A DNA stretch of 64,000 nt. It comes from Defluviitaleaceae bacterium. Its GTDB lineage: Bacteria; Bacillota; Clostridia; Lachnospirales; WRAX01. The notes beneath the pieces were generated by a model. It saw only the letters and a list, made by a program, of their open reading frames with translations. It ran no database searches and had not been told where the DNA came from. The position numbers were made by a program, and so were the translations under genes. Position 1 is the stretch's first letter; every line of letters begins with the position of its first letter. The DNA lies in contig WRAC01000002.1 of NCBI GenBank assembly GCA_009780415.1, positions 8,895 through 72,894 of the forward strand, in the 5' to 3' direction. This document shows positions 27,645 to 39,032 of the stretch, piece by piece.

Positions 27645-28721
27645 TTGACGCACCGCGAAAACCTTCTGTCATTAATACGCCGCGAAGGGCCGGAGTGGGT
27701 GCCCGTCAGCTTTTCACTCTGCCCTTCGCTGGAAAAGAAATATATTGAACGGGTGGGAGCCAGCCCCTGGTATGACGGGCATTTTCAATTTCCCTGGCGG
27801 AATATCGGGGACATCCGTCTGCCCGGTGAGGATTACGCGAAGAAATATGCGCGGTATTATCCCGGGGGATATAAGAAAGGCACGCATGTAGACCACATCG
27901 GCGTGGCGCATGAGCCGGGCAGCGAGGCTGCTATGCATATGACGTATATGCGCCATCCGCTGGAACATGTGAAAAACGCTGCCGATATTAAGGAATACCC
28001 TTTCCCCGATTTCCCGGGCGGTGAAACCGCGCACCAAAAAGCACAGGCGGAGGAAATCCACGCAAGGGGGCTTGCGGCGGTGGGCGATATGCCCTGTACC
28101 ATTTGGGAAACCGCGTGGTATATCCGCGGCATGGAAAACCTGATGATGGATATGATGGAAGATAACCCGACGGCAAGCTATTTGTTGGACGCGGTTACGC
28201 GCAACGCCGTTTCACGGGCAAGGGCGTATGCGGCGGCGGGCGCGGATATTCTGTCCCTGGGCGACGATGTGGGTATGCAAAGCCGCATTATGATTAGCGA
28301 AGAGTTGTACAGGAAATGGCTGTGGCCCAGGCTCAAACTTGTGATTGACGAGGCGCGCTCCGTCAAGCCGGATATCATTGTTTTCTACCACTCATGCGGG
28401 TATGTTACGCCTTTTATCCCGTTGTTTATTAAAGCCGGGATAGATGTGCTGACCCCCGTACAACCGGAATCTATGGATTTTACGGAGATATGCGGGATAT
28501 ACGGCGATAGACTGTCCTTCCATGGCGCGATAGGCACACAATCCGTTATGCCTTTCGGAACGCCGGGGGAAGTCAAGGATAAGGTTTGGGAATATTTAAG
28601 CATAGCCGGGCCGAAGGGCGGTTTGTTCCCCGCGCCTACGCATTTGCTGGAGCCTGAGGTTCCGTGGGAGAATGTGGAGGCCTATGTTCAAGCCTGTAAT
28701 GAATACCGGTATGGAGTTTAA
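27645..28721 (+). CDS. Uroporphyrinogen-decarboxylase (URO-D) family protein (MtaA/CmuA-like fold), function unknown
   Basis: TIM-barrel pattern ..GADILSLGDDVGMQ.., ..FYHSCGYV.., ..GIDVLTPVQPE.., ..LSFHGAIGTQ.. typical of the URO-D superfamily. TTG start. Confidence 0.65.
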   Translation: MTHRENLLSLIRREGPEWVPVSFSLCPSLEKKYIERVGASPWYDGHFQFPWRNIGDIRLPGEDYAKKYARYYPGGYKKGTHVDHIGVAHEPGSEAAMHMTYMRHPLEHVKNAADIKEYPFPDFPGGETAHQKAQAEEIHARGLAAVGDMPCTIWETAWYIRGMENLMMDMMEDNPTASYLLDAVTRNAVSRARAYAAAGADILSLGDDVGMQSRIMISEELYRKWLWPRLKLVIDEARSVKPDIIVFYHSCGYVTPFIPLFIKAGIDVLTPVQPESMDFTEICGIYGDRLSFHGAIGTQSVMPFGTPGEVKDKVWEYLSIAGPKGGLFPAPTHLLEPEVPWENVEAYVQACNEYRYGV

Positions 28722-28755
28722 TATACCCAGCCCCATACAGTTGGCGAATCCGAAT

Positions 28756-28796
28756 ATCGGCGCGGCGGCGTATTTGCTTACGCCGGCCGCGCCGAT
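28756..28796. other. GC-rich hairpin in an apparently non-coding stretch
   Basis: atcggcgcggcggcgta-tttgct-tacgccggccgcgccgat (17/18-bp stem, one bulge). No T-tract on either side. Confidence 0.35.
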
Positions 28797-29014
28797 TGCG
28801 CTGCTTCCGCACAAATCAGGCATTGTTAAAATATTATCCGTGATTTTGCGGAATACGGTATTCAGTGTAAAGCATGTACCAACAGTCCGAATTTGCGCGT
28901 ATGAAGTCCATTAAACTACGGTAGCTTGGCCCCCTGTTTTCCCAGGCGTTATCATTCCAGCCGGCAAACTCGTATGCGGAAACCGGCACCCTGTCAACGG
29001 GTTCGCGCCTGAGA

Positions 29015-29120
29015 CCAAGTTGCAATCTAAATCACACTAACTCCGGGCGGATGATCCGGTACGCTCACGCTCAGGCCGGCTCATCCGCCCGGAGTAAGTG
29101 TTGCTTTGATTGCAACTTGG
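29015..29120 (+). repeat. Nested-hairpin repeat, copy 4 (full-length reference copy)
   Basis: Layout: outer arm ccaagttgcaatctaaatcacactaactccg, inner hairpin ggcggatgatccgg-tacgctcacgctcagg-ccggctcatccgcc, outer arm cggagtaagtgttgctttgattgcaacttgg. It lies between convergent genes. Confidence 0.9.
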
Positions 29121-29152
29121 TATGAGACAGAGCGGAAGCCGCTCGCGGGAGG

Positions 29153-30385
29153 TCATTGCAAAACACATTCCATTGCAATTTTTTCCCATTCTGCCAAATT
29201 GGACAGCTTGCCCTTGCATGTGCTGATGTCTTTCAGGACAAATTCGCAGGTGGTTCCATTTTTCCGGCAGGCGCTCAGTACCGCGTTAATTTCTTGGCGC
29301 ACGGCAGCGGCATCAAGGCTTGAATCCGCGACAAACGCCGGATTAGGCTTTGCCGCGAATACATACTTGCTTCCGATTGCTTCCGCGGCAGGCTCGATTT
29401 TTGCCCATGGGGAAATAGATATCTTCCGCAGATTCGGTATTTTTGATATAATATCGATTTTATTATCCAACGGCTCGCAGCAGCCGTAATATACCAGCCC
29501 GAACCGCTTCATAAGTTTTATCATATACTGAGTGTCGAATTCGTTGTGCATTTCCCTTGAAACGGAACCGAAAAGCTGCGCGGTGCCTCGTCCCCAAACG
29601 TTTTTCAAAGTTACCGGGCCGTCCGCCTGCAGCTCGTCGCAAAGCCCCGCCGTACAGTGGATGTAGTATGCCGGATTGTGCAGCAAATCCAGCTCCTCGT
29701 ACTGGTCAAGCCGTCGTTCTATTATTGCAAGCAATTTTTCCATGGTATAATGCATCAGCTCCGGCTCGTCCGCAAGTCCCGTCAAAAGCGGCTCCACACC
29801 GCGGTATCTCGATATATCGTCCCAAGGATTCCATGCGATACCCGAAAAACCTTCCGCTCTCGCCTCTATAATACCGTCAAAGATTTCGCATACGCGCTCA
29901 AGCTCCTCCTCCGTTTCACCCTTTAAATATGTAATTGCCGGGAACAGCAGCGCGTCAACGCTTTTCTTGTTTTGGAGCTGGTCAATGTAAGCGTGGGATA
30001 TGATTCCGCCGGCCGCGTCCGAGCCTTGGTTGATATCAACCGTGTCCTCCTTGACCCTGATTCCGATTCCCGTATCCTGAATCTTCTTCCGCACAGGGAT
30101 ATACGGAACCAGAACATTATCCGCCGGAAAATGCTTGTGTGAAAAAATCCATCTGCGGAGAAACCACTCGTATCCCCTATTCACTTCATCCCCGCATTGG
30201 AGTTTCAACTCTTCATGGTCGCGGAACTCGTTCCACGGCACCTCGTCAATCATAACCACCGGGCGTTCCGGCTTTAATCCGTTGATTTTTCGGTACAAAT
30301 CCATCTTTTTAATGTTACCGCCGCTTTGCGCTATTTCCGCGTAGCGTTCGCCAAGGCCGCGCAGGATCAATCTATCCGTTTTCAT
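29153..30385 (-). CDS. Hypothetical TIM-barrel-like protein, possibly a distant URO-D-family member
   Basis: 410-aa ORF. The C-terminal ..FGLVYYGCCEPLDNKIDIISKIPNLRKISISPWA.. resembles the URO-D-like barrel end. The assignment is weak. Confidence 0.4.
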   Translation of the reverse strand: MKTDRLILRGLGERYAEIAQSGGNIKKMDLYRKINGLKPERPVVMIDEVPWNEFRDHEELKLQCGDEVNRGYEWFLRRWIFSHKHFPADNVLVPYIPVRKKIQDTGIGIRVKEDTVDINQGSDAAGGIISHAYIDQLQNKKSVDALLFPAITYLKGETEEELERVCEIFDGIIEARAEGFSGIAWNPWDDISRYRGVEPLLTGLADEPELMHYTMEKLLAIIERRLDQYEELDLLHNPAYYIHCTAGLCDELQADGPVTLKNVWGRGTAQLFGSVSREMHNEFDTQYMIKLMKRFGLVYYGCCEPLDNKIDIISKIPNLRKISISPWAKIEPAAEAIGSKYVFAAKPNPAFVADSSLDAAAVRQEINAVLSACRKNGTTCEFVLKDISTCKGKLSNLAEWEKIAMECVLQ

Positions 30386-30456
30386 AATAACCTCCCCGGG
30401 GTATTGTTTTGAATGTACTCTTGCTCTATAATATCATAAAAGAAGGAGGCGTAGCA

Positions 30457-31500
30457 ATGACCAAAAAAGAACGTGTGCTGAGGGCCATAACGCGCCGGGA
30501 GACAGATTTTATTCCTTTTTCCATGGGGTTTACCCAGCAGGCGCGTGATAAGGCGGTGCGTTATTTCGCGGATGAGCGTTTTGAGGATAAAATAAATAAT
30601 CACTTTGCCGGGGCATATTACGCCGGGGAACCCATCATGATAAAGCCGGGGTTTTTCCGGGATGATTTCGGGGTTATATGGAACCGCACGGGCGCGGACA
30701 AGGATATCGGCGTTATTGACAAGCTCACGCTGCCGGAGCCGGCTATCGGCTCCTACCGCTTTCCCGAGCCGCCCGCCGCGATGCTGCGTAAGATATGCGG
30801 GGAAGCGCTGGCTTCCGCCGGGGATTGCTTTACGGGCGCGGCGCTGGGTTTTTCGCTGTTTGAACGCGCGTGGACATTGGCGGGGATGGAGAACATTCTG
30901 ATGTATATGCTGACGGATCCTCAGTTTGTCCACGATTTATTGGATGAAATCACGGTGTTTAACATTAAGCTTATCCGCGTTTATCTTGAATACGATTTTG
31001 ACTTCATAAATTTCGGCGACGACTGGGGCCAGCAGAAAGGGTTGATTATGGGGCCGAATCTGTGGCGCGCGTTTATCAAGCCGCGTTTGGCGCAGATGTA
31101 CGCGCTGGTTAAGGAGCATGGCAAATTCGTGTTCCAGCATTCCTGCGGAGATATCAGCGAAGTTTTGGACGACGCCATCGAAATCGGACTGGATGTTTAT
31201 GAAACCTTCCAGCCCGAGATATACGGCTTGCAGGAAGCCAAAACCCGCTGGGGGAGCCGCCTTTCCTTTTTCGGCGGATTAAGCACACAGCGGCTGCTTC
31301 CCTTTGAAACGCCTGAAAATGTTATAAAGAAAGCCGCCGAAATCATGAGGATCATGGGAAAAGACGGCGGATACATAGCCGCGCCCACACACTCCATACC
31401 CGGTGATGTTCCGCCCGAAAACATCGAAGCGCTTATGGAATTATTCCATAATCAGGCGAAGTACGGCGGATTCCCTTGTGGTATAGGAACCGCTCATTGA
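30457..31500 (+). CDS. Uroporphyrinogen-decarboxylase (URO-D) family protein
   Basis: MTKKERVLRAI..., FINFGDDWGQQKG, FQHSCGDI, GLDVYETFQPE, LSFFGGLSTQ and YIAAPTHSIPGDVP. GAAGGAGG RBS before the ATG at 30457. Confidence 0.7.
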   Translation: MTKKERVLRAITRRETDFIPFSMGFTQQARDKAVRYFADERFEDKINNHFAGAYYAGEPIMIKPGFFRDDFGVIWNRTGADKDIGVIDKLTLPEPAIGSYRFPEPPAAMLRKICGEALASAGDCFTGAALGFSLFERAWTLAGMENILMYMLTDPQFVHDLLDEITVFNIKLIRVYLEYDFDFINFGDDWGQQKGLIMGPNLWRAFIKPRLAQMYALVKEHGKFVFQHSCGDISEVLDDAIEIGLDVYETFQPEIYGLQEAKTRWGSRLSFFGGLSTQRLLPFETPENVIKKAAEIMRIMGKDGGYIAAPTHSIPGDVPPENIEALMELFHNQAKYGGFPCGIGTAH

Positions 31501-31520
31501 GATAAAATGATTGGGAAAAA

Positions 31521-32375
31521 TCATTGTGATTTCCCAAACGCCGCTTGATTATTGTTTGGGCTTGACCTGCGTTCCAAATCAGGGAACCGCCCTTCCAGCG
31601 CGGCGGCGGATATCTCCACATCCTCATGAACCTCGTCAACGGCGGTACATCCTACCGTTATCATATCGCAATCGCGTATGGTGCTCCAACTGAAATTTAA
31701 CCCCACATAAGGCGTAACCCGCCCCGCCGCCATGGGTTTTATCGTCATCACGGGTTTTTTTGCGCTGTTGATAATTGCCGCCACCGCCTCCACTTCCACC
31801 TGCATCAAAAACCCGGCGCAGTTATAAATCTGTATGTAAGTCTCCACATCGTACCCGTTGGAGTCGGAATACACAACCAGCTCGGGCATGTGAGCCGACA
31901 GGCCGGGAATCATCCCCGCATCGCGTATCATCGCCGTGTAATCGCCGATCCGCTCAATAGAGGCCTTATTCTTATTCACAAGCTGCTCAACGCTGGAATG
32001 GTGCGGAAGGCAGAAAACCGCGCCGCCCGCCGCGCATTTACGGATAACGGCTTCGGCTTCCCTGCGCGCTTCCGTTGAATCCGACACATTAATAATCGGC
32101 GTGTCTATAATAATTAAGTCCTTGCCGGTTTTTTGCCTTGCGTACTCAATCGCGTCCCGCATAAGCGGTTCATTGGCAATCGGGCCCATAACCGCGTCTA
32201 TGCCGTACTCAAGAAAAGCGGACAGTACCGGAAAAAAATCCTCCGGCTTAGCAAAACGTTCCTTAATACTTCTGTCCGCAGACGCGCTGGTATGGCTCCA
32301 GCCCAGCATCCAGTTGGTTCCGATAAGCATCCGGGGCAGCGAAACCCCTGCCACAAGCGTTCTTGGAAAATCCAT
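31521..32375 (-). CDS. Conserved hypothetical protein (function unknown)
   Basis: The probable start is MDFPRTLVAGVSLPRMLIGTNW at 32375; the track ORF extends to 32495. No catalytic motif recognised. Confidence 0.45.
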   Translation of the reverse strand: MDFPRTLVAGVSLPRMLIGTNWMLGWSHTSASADRSIKERFAKPEDFFPVLSAFLEYGIDAVMGPIANEPLMRDAIEYARQKTGKDLIIIDTPIINVSDSTEARREAEAVIRKCAAGGAVFCLPHHSSVEQLVNKNKASIERIGDYTAMIRDAGMIPGLSAHMPELVVYSDSNGYDVETYIQIYNCAGFLMQVEVEAVAAIINSAKKPVMTIKPMAAGRVTPYVGLNFSWSTIRDCDMITVGCTAVDEVHEDVEISAAALEGRFPDLERRSSPNNNQAAFGKSQ

Positions 32376-32508
32376 TATGCCACATCCCCATATATTTAAT
32401 TTCTCCGCACCCTGATAATACCATTTCCGGCGGGAACATTCAATAGCCGGTTTTTTATGTTTTCTGCGTCTGACTAATATGTTATAATATCCCATACCGG
32501 AGGTTTAC

Positions 32509-33411
32509 ATGGATATTATCAATTTCGGTTCCTTGAATATAGACTGCGTATATTCCGTCGGGCATATCGCGGCGCCGGGTGAAACCGTTTCATCATACGC
32601 CCTTGATGTGTTCGCCGGCGGGAAAGGGCTTAACCAGTCGATAGCGCTGGCCCGCGCCGGGGCGAAGGTTTATCACGCCGGGATGATTGGAAGCGACGGC
32701 GTATCGCTGGTTAAGCTTCTGGACGAAAATCAGGCGGATACGCGGTTTGTACGCCAAACCGGCAACCGGACCGGACACGCGGTCATCCAATTGTCAAAAA
32801 CGGGGCAGAACTCGATAGTCCTTCACGGCGGCGCAAACAGATGTTTTACCAAAGAATTTATAGACGGGGTTTTGGAGGGCTTTGGCTCCGAAACCATGGT
32901 TTTATTGCAAAACGAGACAAATTTAGGCGATTACATAATCGATATGGCACACGCCAAAAAAATGAAGATAGCCTTAAACCCTTCGCCTTATGACAATAGC
33001 ATAAAAGCCTCCGATTTAACAAAAGTCTCAATTTTTATATTGAATGAAATCGAGGGAAAGCAAATTACCGGCTGTGACAATGTACAGGAAATCCCCGGCG
33101 TAATGGCAGAATCGTACCCGCAAGCCTTAACTGTTCTGACGCTGGGTGAGGATGGAGCCATCGTCCGCAATAAAGGCAAAGAATACCGCCACGGGATTTT
33201 TGAAGTACCCGTTGCAGACAGCACAGCCGCCGGAGATACCTTTACCGGATTCTTTTTGGCGGCATTATTAAATGGCGGGGGCTTGGAACACGCGCTGCAT
33301 ATCGCTTCCAAAGCCGCCGCCCTGGCGGTTTCGCAGAAAGGCGCGGCAAATTCAATACCGTTATTATCCGCCGTTACGGCGGCAAATCTAAAGTTGGGTG
33401 GTGTGTTATGA
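32509..33411 (+). CDS. rbsK: Ribokinase (PfkB family)
   Basis: GGKGLNQSIALARAG and the C-terminal DSTAAGDTFTGFF anion-hole/catalytic motif. Confidence 0.8.
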   Translation: MDIINFGSLNIDCVYSVGHIAAPGETVSSYALDVFAGGKGLNQSIALARAGAKVYHAGMIGSDGVSLVKLLDENQADTRFVRQTGNRTGHAVIQLSKTGQNSIVLHGGANRCFTKEFIDGVLEGFGSETMVLLQNETNLGDYIIDMAHAKKMKIALNPSPYDNSIKASDLTKVSIFILNEIEGKQITGCDNVQEIPGVMAESYPQALTVLTLGEDGAIVRNKGKEYRHGIFEVPVADSTAAGDTFTGFFLAALLNGGGLEHALHIASKAAALAVSQKGAANSIPLLSAVTAANLKLGGVL

Positions 33412-34328
33412 ATTGGAAAATCCCCGATTACGGGGCTTTAATCGCGCGTTTGTCGCCTTCGCCGGGCGTTGTGGACATGGTGCTGGACACCGATACATAC
33501 AATGAGGTGGACGACCAGTTCGCGTTGTGCTATAGCTTGCTTTCACCCGAGAAGCTGCGGGTAAAGCGTATATACGCCGCGCCGTTTTACAATGACCGCT
33601 CCTCCGGCCCCGAGGACGGCATGGAGCGCAGTTACGAAGAAATAATCCGCCTGTTAAAGACCATGGGGCATTACCGCGGCGGCTTCGTGTTTAAGGGGTC
33701 AAAAAGCTACCTGCCGGGAGCGGCGGCCTTCGTGGATTCTCCCGCAGCCCGTGACCTTGTCAGCCTGTCCATGCAATACACGCCTGAAAACCCGCTATAT
33801 GTCGCGGCTATCGGCGCGATAACAAACGTCGCCAGCGCATTGCTTATGGAACCCGCAATCGCCGAACGGATTGTCATTGTGTGGCTGGGCGGAAACACGC
33901 CGGATTATCCTCACACCGATGAGTTCAACCTGACCCAGGATGTCCACGCCGCAAGGGCGGTACTGGACAGCGGCGCCGCTCTTGTGCTGGTGCCCTGTAT
34001 GGGAGTCGCGTCCCATTTGCTTACGTCCGTCCCTGAAATGGAGAGTTGTCTGCGCGGAAAGAACCCCGTTTGCGACGTCCTCTGCGATTTGTTCGCTGAA
34101 TATGGGCGGGGCGAATATGCCTGGGCAAAGGAGATTTGGGATATATCCGCTATCGCATATCTGTTGAACCCCGAGTGGGTGCCCACCATTATAACCTCAA
34201 GCCCCCTTTTAACCGACAGCAGGCATTGGGCCAGGGATCCGCGCCGCCATCCCGTCCGCGTTGCATACATGGCTCACCGTAACCCGATTTTTAAGGATAT
34301 GTTTAATAAATTGAGAATGGAGAGTTGA
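33408..34328 (+). CDS. Nucleoside hydrolase (IUNH family)
   Basis: N-terminal Asp cluster VLDTDTYNEVDDQFAL, matching the DxDxxxDD fingerprint. Overlaps the rbsK stop by 4 nt. Confidence 0.75.
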   Translation: MNWKIPDYGALIARLSPSPGVVDMVLDTDTYNEVDDQFALCYSLLSPEKLRVKRIYAAPFYNDRSSGPEDGMERSYEEIIRLLKTMGHYRGGFVFKGSKSYLPGAAAFVDSPAARDLVSLSMQYTPENPLYVAAIGAITNVASALLMEPAIAERIVIVWLGGNTPDYPHTDEFNLTQDVHAARAVLDSGAALVLVPCMGVASHLLTSVPEMESCLRGKNPVCDVLCDLFAEYGRGEYAWAKEIWDISAIAYLLNPEWVPTIITSSPLLTDSRHWARDPRRHPVRVAYMAHRNPIFKDMFNKLRMES

Positions 34329-37295
<2,967 letters not shown>

Positions 37296-37305
37296 GGAGT
37301 TGGAG

Positions 37306-37675
37306 TATGTCGCGCTGCAATTTGTCGAGCATAAGCCGGGCGGTCAGGAAAACACCATCGGCATCGCCTTTAACCCCGATCACAACGCCGGGATAGACCG
37401 TGGTACATTATCTCGACGCCCTTGACGAGGAGTTGCGCAAGAAAGTTTGATACAAGGAACCCGTTTCCGTAACCGAGGAAAAGAAAGCGTACAAAAGTGC
37501 AACCTACCCCGATTGCGGGTATATCGGCCAAGAACACAAACAAGGAATCGGCTGCCTATCCGAGATGACCGTCGATACTGCGAACGGGATTGTCTTGGGC
37601 GTTGATTGTTATCCGGCAAATTATCGCGAAAGCAGTATTATATTGAAACACATAGAGAGAATCAAGACCTCTTGA
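37306..37675 (+). pseudogene. IS (IS1182/IS5-like) transposase fragment, frameshifted and stop-interrupted
   Basis: Pieces in two frames: ..VVHYLDALDEELRKKV-stop and YKEPVSVTEEKKAYKSATYPDCGYIGQEHKQGIGCLSEMTVDTANGIVLGVDCYPANYRESSIILKHIE. This resembles the internal DDE region of IS1182-type transposases. There is no start codon and no terminal repeats. Confidence 0.55.
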
Positions 37676-37690
37676 AAATATCATGAACAT

Positions 37691-37837
37691 TTAATTTAGG
37701 ATTGTTTCTTTTTCATGTCCTTCCCTTATCCCGCTAAAAAATAGCTGACTGAGTTTCTTTGCTTGAGATGTGGGTTCATGCGTTTGGCGTGCGTAGGCTC
37801 CGGCTTGGCTGGGCTTTTCGCAAATAACTAATTTCAT
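37691..37837 (-). pseudogene. Possible N-terminal remnant of a topoisomerase III (Toprim) gene
   Basis: The minus-strand ORF begins MKLVICEKPSQAGAYA, matching the TopB N-terminus (MKLxIAEKPS) for about 16 residues and then diverging. RBS AAAGGA. Confidence 0.3.
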
Positions 37838-37874
37838 GAAAAATCATCCTTTCTGCATAATGTTTAATTGTTGA

Positions 37875-37956
37875 TGCATATAATAAAAAATACATATGCA
37901 GTATTTTAACGTAATAGTAATGAAATCCTGCATATAATATGCTACACTATATGCAG
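37875..37956 (+). promoter_or_regulatory. Two palindromic operator-like sites upstream of the Fic gene
   Basis: tgcatat-N12-atatgca (37875-37900) and a perfect ctgcatata-N11-tatatgcag (37928-37956). A TATAAT at 37933-37938 lies inside the second palindrome. Confidence 0.45.
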
Positions 37957-37975
37957 AATCGAAAAGAGGTGATTT

Positions 37976-39028
37976 GTGTTGAAACGCTTTGATTATTCAT
38001 TTTTGGAAAGCGGGATGCTCCCTGCGGGGCTTGTAAACATCGTGAGTGCCATTGCGGAACTGCGTGAGCGCGAAAACCAACTCAAAGACAATTACCCCGA
38101 TGTTTTCACGCGGCTTGAAAGCATTGCAAAGGTTCAATCCGTCAAAGGGTCAAATGAAATTGAAGGGATCGTCACCACCGAACAGCGCATCCATGAAATC
38201 GTCAATCAGAACAGCGCGCCGATCAACCACAACGAAGCTGAAATCGCCGGATACCGTGATGCCCTCACTTTAATCCATACAGGATCCGCCGACCTCGATA
38301 TCCGTGAACGTGACATCCTCCGGTTGCATGAAATTATGCTGTCCTACGCGCCCGTGAACGGCGGCGAATACAAGCTGAACGACAACTTCATAATGGAAGT
38401 GGATTCGGCCGGCTCCCGAAAGGTGCGGTTTGCGCCGACACCGGCAAATGAAACCGCCGCCGCAATGGAGCAACTCGTCCTTGCTTTTATGGACGCAAGG
38501 AGCAGTTATAACGTCAACCAGCTTATCTTGATCCCTTGTTTTGTCCTTGATTTCCTCTGCATCCATCCGTTTGCCGATGGCAACGGTAGAATGAGCCGTT
38601 TGCTCTCCCTGCTCCTGCTATACAAGAACGGGTTCGACGCAGGGAAATACATCTCCTTTGAGGAACAAATCAATAAGGGCAAATGGAATTACTACGAAGC
38701 CCTGCGTTTGTCTTCTGACGGATGGCATGAAAACACCAACAGCTATTTTCCGTTTATAGAAAATTTCGTCACCACCCTGCTGTATTGCTACAAAGAGCTT
38801 GATAAGCGGTTCGCCGTGGTTAACGCCAAAAAGGTAAATAAGCGGGAACGGGTGGAAGCGACCGTGCTTAACAGCCTTTTGCCTATCTCGAAACAGGAAG
38901 TTTGCTACGTCCTGCCCGATGTCAGCCCCACGACCGTGGAAGCCGCTCTCGCCGCGATGGTCAGGAGTGGAACGGTTGAAAAAGTCGGGGTAGGAAAGAA
39001 CACAAAGTATATTAAGAGGGAGCGGTGA
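37976..39028 (+). CDS. Fic-family protein (AMPylase-type) with a C-terminal winged-helix domain
   Basis: Canonical Fic motif HPFADGNGRMSRLL. N-terminal inhibitory-type motif SNEIEG ([ST]xxxE[GN]). Confidence 0.85.
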   Translation: MLKRFDYSFLESGMLPAGLVNIVSAIAELRERENQLKDNYPDVFTRLESIAKVQSVKGSNEIEGIVTTEQRIHEIVNQNSAPINHNEAEIAGYRDALTLIHTGSADLDIRERDILRLHEIMLSYAPVNGGEYKLNDNFIMEVDSAGSRKVRFAPTPANETAAAMEQLVLAFMDARSSYNVNQLILIPCFVLDFLCIHPFADGNGRMSRLLSLLLLYKNGFDAGKYISFEEQINKGKWNYYEALRLSSDGWHENTNSYFPFIENFVTTLLYCYKELDKRFAVVNAKKVNKRERVEATVLNSLLPISKQEVCYVLPDVSPTTVEAALAAMVRSGTVEKVGVGKNTKYIKRER

Positions 39029-39032
39029 CTTT

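Noticed and set aside
37296-37312. gaggagttggagtatg just after the GH2 stop resembles the att core gagtgggagtaa
   Set aside because: It is on the opposite strand relative to the two guaA-type cores, and it forms part of the transposase-fragment reading frame. It is most likely coincidence.
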